Assembly: GCA_001643675.2 (NCBI GenBank)
Contig: LSRY02000002.1
Location: forward strand, 1,984,001-2,048,000
DNA length: 64,000 bases
DNA from: Monocercomonoides exilis PA203
Lineage: Eukaryota > Protista > Preaxostyla
Direction: 5' to 3'
Shown: in pieces, positions 10,901 through 22,900 of the stretch
How the letters are laid out: each line of letters begins with the position of its first letter
Numbering within the stretch: the stretch's first letter is position 1
Notes under the pieces: model-generated
What the model saw: only the letters and a program-made list of their open reading frames with translations
Database searches by the model: none
What the model was told of the DNA's origin: nothing
Made by a program: the position numbers and the translations under genes

Positions 10901-12972
10901 ATAAAATTGTCAAATGGTTATCCTTCTTTAGCGTCCAATAAAAGTCTTTCAATTATAATTAAAAACAAATTAAAACATTTCAATTTAAATGAATTGTGAT
11001 ACAGTTAATACCAAATCAATATTTCATATCACAATATATGCATATTTATATGATGCGATAATTTGCACAAAATTGTCGTTTTAATGGATTCACATATGCT
11101 ATTTTCTTTGTGAAAAGAGTTTTTCAACAAGATAATAAGAAATGTTATGGTAGAAATCAAATCTGTTTCAAAGTTTGTTCAATATTGTTTAAAAACGAGA
11201 CATTTTGCCTTTCCACATCTTTTTCTTACTATGTCACATTGCTGACTTTATGTGACGTCAGTAACGAGATGACTTCTGTGACTTATCAAAATTCCGATAT
11301 TAATGATCGCGTCACTAAAAAATGAGTAATGGTTATTATTCTTTCAAAAATATTTTTTTTTTCATTATTGGTTTTTTAATATATAATAAGTTAATATTTT
11401 GAAAATGTTTCACCAATAAGAAACAAACTTTCATTTTTTATTGAATTCTTTTACTGACGTGAAATTTTTTGTCACGTCCGTCAATAATCAAAAACATCAC
11501 GTCAAAAGTCAGTACGTCACTCAGGTTAAAAATAAATAAATATGTCTGTAAAAAAAATGGGGGAAACTTATAAAATGAAAAAAGATAGTAAATTTCAAGG
11601 GGAAATTTTTTAAAATTTTCACAAATAACTATTTATTCAGTGATGATTTGATATATCATTTCTTTTTTCAGACTGTTGATTTTTTAAAAATTGTTTATCT
11701 CTGTCCAGAAATAGCATTAACATGTTCAATCCATTGCAGTTGCTGCAAAAGACAATTTTACAAATGAATGCTCAACAAAACTTTTTGTAAAATGTGTTGA
11801 AACTTAACAGTGTTTACATGTTAAGATATTTAAATTTTGTTTTTTTCAAGGAAATTTATTATAGTACATGTTTGACATCAAAAACAATTGCCCATGTGCT
11901 TTGTACAAAAGAAGTTTGAAAGTCCGTCTTCTTCACCATGCGAATGAATTTTTTCTCAATTCATTAGTAATAGTTGTCTTTGCACATATTTTGCACCAAA
12001 TTTTGAAACGGAATGTTGTGTTTAACAATATAAAAATTTTCTCAAATTATGACTCCAAATGGAAAAACAACAATTTGATTCTATTGAAAAAATATGTTTT
12101 TTTTCACAAAAACTTCACAAATATTTAATTGTGATTTTTTCATCAATTTCAAAAAACAATTAGAGGAAAGATAGCATTTTTCAAAATAAAACTTTTTTTC
12201 TTTTTTCAAAATTTACAACTTATAAAAGCATACAAAAACAGAATTTTGCAATACTGATGGATGAACTTTAATAAAAACAAAATTTCCAAAAATTAATGAC
12301 AATTCAATTAAAAATGATCTTTTCTTTTTTTTTAACATTAAAAAAATAAACAAATAAATAAATAGAATTTTCTTTTGAATTTTGAAGCATATATTGCTTT
12401 CAAATTAACATGATTCTTTTTAAGTTTCGTTGGACATTTTTCTTATTTTACATTTCAACCGAATCCGGCAATAATTACGTCGAACATAATCAACGTGATT
12501 TATAGTCACATTATTTGATGCACCTTGATTTTTGTCCAATGCATCAACTATTTCCCAGGATAATGATCAAAATAAAAGAAAAAAAAGAAAGATAAGATAA
12601 TTACTATTTGTTCCGCAATATATTTGTTAATCAATGAAAAACAAATCTTATTTTTTAAAATTTCACTTTTTTGATTTTCAAAAGAAATGTTTCGATTAAT
12701 CAAAATAAGATGCGTTAATGATTGAGATTGTTATTCCTTTCGTGAAAATGATTATTTAAAAGTATTTCAGAAAATGAAAAAATTTTCACAAATTGAATTG
12801 GTTAACAATTTATTTTATTTTATTTCATGTGCAAAGCAACAACGCTCATAGATTTAATCATTTGAAGTCACAAAAAATTGTGCAAATTTTGATGTGATTA
12901 TGAATGACGAAATGGAAGGTTTTGCGAATTACGTTCAACACTTCACTTTTTCAAAAATGTTTCTTTTTTAGC

Positions 12973-13362
12973 TAGTGTTAATAATGGTGGACACTTTCAA
13001 TAACTGTGGACAGTTGCTTTATCACAACAACTGTTGACAGTTGATTTTTGACAATTAACATGATTATTCCCTCATTGAATGTAAATAAATACGAATAGTA
13101 TTTTTCATTCGCACATCATAATTAAATTTTAGTAAAAGTATTTTTTTTATTTTCGGAGAAATTAGATTCTCCGAGTTTCTCCGAAAATTGAAAATGATTT
13201 TTTCTTCGTTCTTTGAAGAAAGTTGTTTCATTCATGTATGACTGATAAGTTTGTTTTCAATCAGGGAATAATTGGGTTTATTTTCTTTTAGCAACGATCA
13301 AAAATAGTTGAGATAATGCTACTGTCCACAGTTTTTGAAAGTGTCCACCATTATTAACACTA
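12973..13362. mobile_element. MITE / foldback element, TA-flanked (Tc1/mariner-like)
   Basis: TAGTGTTAATAATGGTGGACACTTTCAATAACTGTGGACAGT (12973-13014) matches the reverse complement of 13321-13362 with 1 mismatch in 42 bp. Imperfect symmetry continues about 60 bp further in, and there is a central inverted pair at 13149-13161 / 13176-13188. Confidence 0.85.
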
Positions 13363-13952
13363 ACTATAATTCATTTTTCTATATAATTTTGTATAAAAAT
13401 GAAAGACAAATTGTAATATGATAGCTGAACAATTATAGAACAAATTGTTATTTTTTTCACTCATTCTAAAATTTTGACCTTATCCGATTATGATAATGTT
13501 TTTCTAAAAATGCAAATTTTCTGAAAATTCATGAAAATTCTATTTGCTAAAACTGAAATCCTTGACAGCCATTCTGAAGAAATAAACTCAAAAAGTCACC
13601 GCCATCCCAGGAATATGAGATGCCGATAACCCCAACCACATGTGTGATGAACACTCGACTCTGTTTGAAATCAAGAGAAAAGAATTCAATTACAGGTTGG
13701 AATAATTTGTAAAAATACACAAACAACGAAACAAAATTGAAGAAAGAGAAATGGAATAAATACATATAAATATACACAAACGAATGCCAAAAAATGAATG
13801 TCTACAAATGCACACAAGAAACAGCAAAAGGTAACATTTCAATGGCTTTTGCTGCTAGGAAAGTCATTCACCAAAACACAGCAACAGCATCTGCACATTT
13901 GCTCATTCTGCATCATCCAGATCGATGATCCTTCAAACATCTCCTCTCTCAC

Positions 13953-16900
13953 TCAGCTGAACCAACTCTCGCTGCCATTGCTACTGCCACTGCTCACAAT
14001 TCTGCTGAAGTTGCCTCTCCCCGCACCCCCCGCAACATCAATCGCATCCGATACAGTCAGCATCACCGACCCTGCTGGAAATCGCTGGATGAACTCTCTC
14101 TTCAGATCGACAAGCGTCGGCCTGCTCTGCCACCCAGGTGACAGGCACCCAGCAACCGCATCGTTGAAGCACCCCAGAAGCTCTGCACCTATCGCTGGCC
14201 TCTCCCCATTCACAATCTTCTGCCCCGCCACCACTGCCTCGTACTCCCCAAACGGGATCTGCAGCGTCAGACACTCCCACAGCATCATCCCAATCGAGAA
14301 CACTGCAGTCTTCTTCGTCGCATGCTGCTTTGCCCCGTTCATCAGTTCCGGAGCTTTCCACCGCAAGCACTCCTTCCTGAGATCGTCATCATCCTCAAAG
14401 GCAGATGAAGGTGGTGGAGAGTGTGTGTACCTCTTGCTCCTTCTTGAGCAATCAGACGAAGATGTTACAATCGTGGATGAAGAAATTGAAGATGAATCTG
14501 AATCGGAAGAGGAGCAGTCTGAGTGCATCGCAATGCAGATGACCATGTGCTCCGAGAATAACACAATGTGTGGACTCAGATTGGCCAATGACTGAAGTGG
14601 CATCTCTTCCTCCTCAAACGAGTGGAGTGCTCCGTTTGCCACCCAGAACAGGATTTGGGCTGCTGTTTGTTCTCTCTCCTGAAGAGTGCCTATTTCCATC
14701 TCCTTCTTCTCGTTCTTTCCATGCAACAACATGAACAGCGAATCCCTCAGATCCACAATCAATTTCTCATGAGGAGAAGAGCATGCCATTGCATCTACCA
14801 GATTCGACATCGATGAGGTGGTTGGACACAGATCCTCCCCACGAACAAATGTTGAATCTGAATCAGTTGAACATGTCGAAGAAATTGACGGTGATGGTGA
14901 TCTCTTTCTTGTCTCCTCGTCTTCTTTCTCATCAACCTTCTCGAGCATCCATTGAGGAATCTTGTCTGAATCTCTTCCCAGAATATATTCTGTTGAACCA
15001 CTTTCAGATAGAAGATGCTCTGAAGACTCCGAGTGTTGCATATTCGTATCATACACCCTCTTCTTGAACCTTTCTTCGTTCTTCTCCGCCTCTCTCTCAG
15101 CTCTTCTCCATTGCTCCTCTGGCGACATCTCCATCGTCACCATTTCAAATGCCTTCGGATCCTTTCTGATGTTATCGTTCACAATCTCTCTCAGATCTTC
15201 TGCTTCATTCTTTGCCTTCTTCCACCGAACAGTCGAAATCACAGCAATCACAAGAACCAAAAAAAGAATTACTCCCATCGCAATCACAATTATCGGCCAT
15301 GTCGATCCTTCTTTCTTTCCTCCTTCCACAACGTTTTCATCCCCTTTCGGTTCACTCTCGCTTCTGTTCTTCAAAATGAATGACTCGGTGGATGAAGGAG
15401 AATTTGATTTTCCAAACAAGATGTGTGCACTAACCTCAACCTCATCCCCTCCTGAATTAATCAACGATGATCCAATCCTCCCGTGCACTTCCACCTCCGA
15501 AACAAAGTCTTCATCTGAAAAGGCATGCGTCTCAATCGAGCTGACTTCTCCTATTCTTGAAACAATCTGGAACTGCAGGTTGCACGGCAGAAGAACCGTT
15601 CCTCTGAACGTCAGTTCAATTGAATCCCCAACTTCCTTCATCTCCACTGCTTCAAGCGTTGGGATGAAAAACTCTGACGCTCTTTCCAACACTATTCCCG
15701 AAAGTTCGCATCCATCATTCAATATCCACAGTGATGCGTTTCTCTCCATCCCATCACCTCCTTTCAGACTTTCAATGTTGAGCTTTCCTTCCTTTTCACA
15801 TAGAATATTTCTTCTTGCTGATGGGAAAAGTTCAATTCTGGGGTTGTTATTATTGAACTCTCCTTTTTCAATAATACAATTTCCTCCTCTTATCGTCAAT
15901 GCACCAAGAGATGCATTGGCCATCATATTATCTTTCATCAACGAATTTGAATTCATAAGATCGATTACAGAGCTATTCCATTTGCAGATTTCTGAAGCAT
16001 CCATGGTATTAATCTCCATTTCGGCTTCGCTCGTTTCTCCATCAAACAAACAAGATTCCAAACTTATGTTTGTGCACCTTTCTCCTCTCATTATTTTTCC
16101 AATCTCAGATTTTGAAGCACATCTCACAAAACTGCAATTTTTAATTGACATCAGTTGATTTGACGCGCAAATTTCAATGCATTTTGGACATTCTATCACG
16201 CTTGTGATATTTGAAAAATTGGATAGCATAAGTTGCAATCCATTTGTTAGCTCCAAGTCATTTTTCAATATATTTGCTGATTCCTTCAGTATAACACATC
16301 CTGAATTCAACAAGATATCGCCGATCATCAATTTCACTAATTTCACTTCTTTTGAATTCTCACAAATCCGCAATATTGCATTTGATTCAAAAGACATATT
16401 CTTGATCTCCATTTCAGAAATTGTCAGACATCCTTCTTTCACTTGAACCAATTCTAATGGCAGAATTCCACCGTTGCTTCTGTCTGCTGTTTTCACCGAA
16501 AATGCACAAGAAATAAAAATCAACTGCTCACCTTCCATCGAAAACAAACAACGATGAATAGAACTGAAATCAGTGTCAAATAAAAACTTTACTCTGGAAA
16601 CTTGAACATTTCCAAACACTTGAATCAGGCTTTCTTCAGTCTTCTCAATGTCACTAACAAATTTCACCTCACATCCATTTCCACTCTTGCTCGACACTGT
16701 CACTTCTCTCAACTCCATTTCATTCGCAATTAGCCCTTCAGTATCAACAAGAATTCTGCTATCCAAATCGCATGTCAAGTGAGATAACCCATAATCCAGC
16801 GAAAGACATGGAAGATCTCTCGATCCGCACTGTCGCTCGTTGCTTCCTCCTTTTCCGCTTGCTGAAGAAACAATGATCGTATCCGCTTGGTGAACAGTAA

Positions 16901-19900
16901 TATAAAACATCAAATCAACTGGTGAGTCTGCAACCATGTCAATTCCCCAAATCGCATTTTTCCTGTTAAATGATTCTTCTCGAAGATCCATCCGAAACTG
17001 TGTTTCATTAATCTGGTCAAATATCGAAACGCATTCAACATATATATCATTTCCTATCTTTGCATTATTCCCTTTAAATATAGTGCTCTGAAACAGGAAA
17101 TCCATCTCTCCACTTTCCTCAGTTGCAATATACGCTCCTCCTCCTCGACCTTCCTCAAAATCGCATCCACACTGGACAACCTCACATTGCTTCATTGTCA
17201 GCTTCCCTCGAGAATGCAATCTCATGAAAACGACTCCTCCCTTCTGACAATTGCTCGCTTTGCTCATCTCCATTCGCGTTTCGTTCAAACTTGCTTCGAC
17301 ACAACAAAAAGAATTGCTTTCGACAACACATGGGTTCGGGCCATTTGTCGATAAGGAACTGAAAGAGGAACCATTTATTTGAATTAAGGTATTCTTTGCG
17401 CTGTTTGACAAATTTCTGTCAATCACACAAATTACACAACCATCAGATATCGTTGTCCATTCAACCACAAACGCATCAACACTACAACCACATCCGGTGC
17501 AAAGTTGAATAATCGATCGTTTCACATTTCCTTGATGCAGCTCAAGCTTGTTTGCCACAAGCTCTCCTTGTTTAACAATAACAAATGAATAGTCTCCGCA
17601 ATTTTCAACTGTTCCTTTTGTCTCAAAAACACAATCCTCAATTCTCAGTGATCCATCTTCATTCATAATCACACATTTTTCATCGTTCTCAAATCCTTCT
17701 GCGATGGATAAAGTTATCTGTTTCATCCTGAAACTTTGTTTGTTTCTCACAGTCACTAAGCTTCTTTCTCCTGCATTATTTGTCACATCAACGATTGATT
17801 TTGAATCTTCTTTGTCACCTCCTTCCGTTTCATCGATTTCTGATGATTCAAGAGCAAACCCAGATAAGTCATAACTGTCCTGAAAAAGCACTCGATTTAT
17901 CACAACTATCATCTTTTCTCTTCTGTCACCCTCTGCAATTATATGCTTTAATCCCTTCCACATTGTCATGCATGGATCTTCAATCGAACCGCATCTCATC
18001 ACATCATGCCCTTTTGATGATACGTAGATGCTCTCATTTAGATATTCCACCAGAAACCTAAATAGATCCGCTTTCTCAAACACGTCATCGCTTCCCACAA
18101 GCAAATTGCCATCGTCTTTCAATTCATCCATTGCAAATAAAAATGTCTCCAAAGTCACAGTTGTATTCAAGTTGAATGATTCGATAAACATGTTCTTTCC
18201 AAACGTTGCATTATTCACCAAAAAACTCACATTATTGAACAAAAATGGATGTTCAACGGATGATAAAGAACAATCCATAAACATCCACCCTCCCTTTCCG
18301 TTTTCCTTTGAGCATTCGCACTTCCTTGTTTGAACATCTTTAACAATGCACGCCTCTTCGTTCTTCAATTCTATTCGTATAACACCTCCCTTTGCTTCCT
18401 CCTCTTCTGAACTCATATCTTCAAATGTGCACTTTACAATTTCACAAGAAGATGTAAAGTGAAATGGGGCAATTGAAGATTCGAAATTATTCACCTTAAC
18501 ATCCTTCACTTCAACATATCCACCACTTGAATGGACAACTGTCTGAACCAATTTTATTCTTTCCGTATTTTTGAAAGAACAGTTCCATATTCTCAGAATA
18601 GAGTTTTCTCCTTCCGTCAAAATTATATCAGACTTTTTTGACGAAAAGGAGATTGAAAAGTCAAATGAAATCCATTCAACATTTAATGATTCTTTATTCA
18701 CAAGAATTGCATCACCAGAACTTCCATCGACACCACTTTCAAACCTCAAGATTGTTGGCTTTTCTTCTTCAGCAGACTTGACTGAAAAACGAGATAAATC
18801 ATAAGAATCATTGATCACACACAATCCGCTCACCTCTATTTTCTTAATGGGAGATTCTGCTTTCACATTTTCGAACCCCCTCCAGAATGTGTTGCACGGA
18901 TGTTCGTGCTCGCCACATCCAAGGATATCAAATCCATCTTCCGAAATTTCAACCGAATCTGATTCTCTTTTAATGAGTAACCACAACAAATCAATTCCCT
19001 CATTAAATCTCACTGCATCAATTCCTTTCATATTCACAATCACTGCTCCTGTTTCATCAACAAGATTCGTCACAAATCTGTTGTTTGTCACAGTTAAATT
19101 GAGATCATAACTGTTCAAAAACACATCTTTTCCTTCGCTTGCCTCATTCAAAGCGAATGTCAAGTTCCGCAGTATGTAATCTGATGTTGACTCATTCACA
19201 ACACTCATGAATATCCCTCCTCCTTTTCCATCATTTTTCTTTGTCGAGCATTTCAGTATAGTTGCGTCAGCAATTATCATTTCTCCTCCTTCACTCAGGC
19301 TGCATTTCAGAGCTCCTCCATCATCTTGTGAAGAACAATTCTCAAAACCGCAATTGCTTTTGATTTCCATCCTCATAACTTCGTTGCATTTCAAAATATT
19401 TCCTGTTGCTGAAACATTCTCAATCTTCACTTCAATAAGAGCTATAGATCCACGCTTCATCGATGCAACTCCATTTCCATTCACAAACTTTGTGTTTTGA
19501 ACTGTTGCATTATCAAACTGAACAAATCCATCACATCCATTAACAATCATTATGCTTGTTTGAGTGCTTGAATCAGCACTTCCACCAAATACACACGAGA
19601 CAAAGTACACTGTTCCAACTCCTATTTTCATCAGCTCATCATACAAAGATTCTTCAGGAAGTAAAAACTTGATTCGATCAATTGAAATTCTGCTTAATCT
19701 TGTCCCAACAGTCATCACCAGATGCCCTTCCTTGTTCACAATCACATCGCTTCCATTTTCACCACTTCCTGAAATTGTCATTGGCTCCATTTCTCTATTG
19801 ATTTCGCCTTTCAGCTCACACAATGAAATCACTACCAGTGAATTTTTCTCTCCAACCATTTTTCCAAATCCATAAGACAGTTCAATGCACGGCAAATCTT

Positions 19901-22900
19901 CTGCACCACATCCTTCTTTCAGTCCTCGCTCTGTGTTCACATAGATAATACTGTCCGGTTGTCCAAAAAGATACTTCATCATCGTGTCATTTCCCAATGG
20001 AAACTCAGGATCAATCGCCCAAAGCGTCTTGTTGTCCTGCCCTTCCTCAACTGATCCAACCCATTTGTTTTTGTCAACTGCAAGACGAGGTGTTGGACAC
20101 ACAAGATAAACATCATACCCCAGATATCCATCGTTGTCTTTGAACGTATTCCCTCTCATTGAATATTCCACTTCAGCGGAAGCAAATGTCAAGTGCAACC
20201 CTCCACCTAATCCGTCTGTTTTATTCACTTTGCACATTTGCACGGTGTTGTTCTCAAATATCAGTGCCCCTCCTTCATTCAAGGATGCTAGGACACTTCC
20301 ACCTCTTGCTTCTGAGGCCAGACATGAGATTGAAGAAATATTGCATTCGCGCATCTCTATCTTTTTCCCTCTTCCAATTGTTCCACAAACTGCCGCTCCG
20401 CTTCCTGCGTTTCGTGTCAAAAGACTGAAATTTGTGCTGCTCACTGATAACGAAGACAGTGCATCTATTTCTATCACTCCATGATTGCTGAACTGCTGTG
20501 GCCCAGCTGCCTTCGAATTAAAAACTTCCAAAGAAGCACCATCACTTATTCTGATCAGTCCTTCTGTTCCATCTTTTCGAATGTTTTCCATTTCAACTCC
20601 ATCAAAAACACCATAAACTCCAGTTCCACTTAATTCCACAACTACAACATCTCCGAAATCAATCAGTGATATTTGGACATTCTGCATCACTATTTTCCCT
20701 CCTTGAATAATTACAAAACTATATGCCAGTGAACCAGATGCGGCCTTTAGTGAACTGTCAATAAGAGTCAAAATACCATTAGCACATAAAAATAGACTTT
20801 TTCTCTGAACATTTGAAAAGAAAAAAGGAACAATAAATTCAATTCCTTCAAATGTGATCTTTTCACGGGTTTCAATCAACCCACCTCCAACCGTTGTTCC
20901 TTCTTCGTTAACGAAAATATTTCTTCCGTTAATTTCCACTTTGAAAATCATTTCTTGTGATTCAAGAATCAGGGCATCAGTAAACACAAATGAAGGAAGC
21001 AGCTTGATATTTGCACACATGGAGTTTTCTGAATATCGAAGCGAAAGAAGAAAATGAATTGTCTGGCACGGATAATCTGCAAATCCACACCCAGAATGAT
21101 CATATCCTTCATCCATTTCTCCGCCAACAAATCCTTCTTTTCCAAACTCTCGGAAATACAATTCCAGCGGAATAAAAAGATCTTCTTTTGTTGTTGAGCG
21201 TTCAAATCCCATCAAATCATTCTCCTCCATTCCACTTTGATCAAAGATAAATGAGTTGCTCGTAACAATCTCCGAAAGAGTGTTTCCAAAAATGAACACA
21301 TTATTTCCCTTCCATGCAGAACAGAATTCAAACTGGACGTCACGCAATTCCATTGAACTTTCAATATCGTCAACTTCAATGAACGCTCCGCCTCCTAATC
21401 CTTTTCCATTTTCATCAGCTTCAAAAACTGGAACTGCACAGGCAGAAAAGTTTGACTTTTCCACAGAAAGAACAGAATGTGACATCAGAGAGACCATTAT
21501 TCCTCCTCCTCTCAACCCATTACCTTTAATGCATGACGAAGATATTGAACAATTATCCACACAAATGGATGCTTGACTCCCCAAACAGCGTTTTATCTTG
21601 ATGCAACCACCATTCCCATTTTCTTGTTTCATTCCACTGAACGAGCCATTTCCAATTGTGCACTCGTGAGCACTTTCAACAACAATGAATGATGACGCAT
21701 CAAAAGTGATATCCTCACAAATTGTTATTTCACTCAAATCTGCATCTCCTTCTTTCACCTCAATAACACAAAAGTTGATTGATGTGTCTGAAGAAATTGT
21801 TGGAAAAGAAAATGAACAATTTGACAATTCCAATTTGACAGTTGACGAAATAAATGAGATGTGTGATTCCTGCATTAAATATGGGAGTTTGAATCCCAGT
21901 TTTGAAATTGAAACATCAATGGAGCATTCAATTAGACTGCTCAAAATGCACGATCTCTCATCACGAATGGCAACAGAAACATCGTCCGAAGTTGAGTTGA
22001 CAATGACTGAAAAATCTGAAAAAGTCACCTCACCACACAACGTGGAGGAAGCGGTGAATTTCATTTGATTAATATTTCTTGTTAATCGCTCTTTTGCACA
22101 ATAATCCATCGAATAACATGGAAAATAGGAAAAACCACAGTGACTATGATCAACTCCTGAGCTTCCATCAACAATTACTGGTGATGGAAGTGCACACAAA
22201 TACACAGCAAGAGGAATTATCAACTCTTCTTCTCCTTTTTCACTTCCGCTATGTGACAACACTTCGAGCTGCGCTCCCGAATCTTCAAAGAAACCGAAAC
22301 TGCTTGAAGAAATTTTATCCTTCAGCAAAATCCCATCTCCACATTGAACAAATATATCCTTCCCACAAATTGCATCATTTGGGTTTTCTTTGGAGAATTT
22401 CACAGCATCGCCAATCAAAAATATTCCTGTGATATCATTCAACAATATTATCATTCCTCCTCCTTTCCCTCCATTTGTTACTGAAGTGGATGTTTTGCAT
22501 CCTTCAAAAATGCTTGATCCATTCACAACAAAGCTATCCTCTGCCATCAGCTCAAAATATATCCCTCCTCCACAGCATCCTTCTTCTTCAACACAACAAT
22601 CCCCAAATTCGCATTCATCAATCAATAACATCCTTCTTCCTCCTCCTCTTGTTGCTTCACCTCCTCTCACCTCGAGCAACCCTCCATTCCCATTTTTTCT
22701 TTTTATTCCACCAAAAGTGCACCATACACACTCCAGTGAACATGACTCCTCTATTTTGAAAAGTGCTGTTTGATCAGAAACAAACAATCCATTTTGCATA
22801 AATGAGTGGATCTTTATTCTTCCTCCAATTCCAACAATAAATGAGTATCCAAGTGAAAAATTTGCGCTGTTGGACAGTGGAGTTACCGAGCAATCAACAA

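Larger units (their letters stand above)
7741..11528. mobile_element. Non-autonomous DNA element 2 (same end architecture as element 1)
   Basis: Inverted repeat ACCTGAGTGACG (7744-7755) / CGTCACTCAGGT (11515-11526). Second inverted pair TTTCACGTCAGT (7794-7805) / ACTGACGTGAAA (11453-11464). Direct repeat AAAATAAAT at 7732-7740 and 11529-11537, extendable to 12 bp. TGACG/CGTCA motif clusters at both ends and at about 11230-11315. Confidence 0.7.

Noticed and set aside
4571-11528. Transposase gene inside elements 1 or 2
   Set aside because: No DDE, MULE or tyrosine-recombinase motifs were recognised in the frames I translated, although a heavily decayed one cannot be excluded.
11640-12130. Weakly coding-like stretch and the 86-aa ORF at 11868-12128
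   Set aside because: No recognisable motif or sustained reading frame; at most an unidentifiable remnant.
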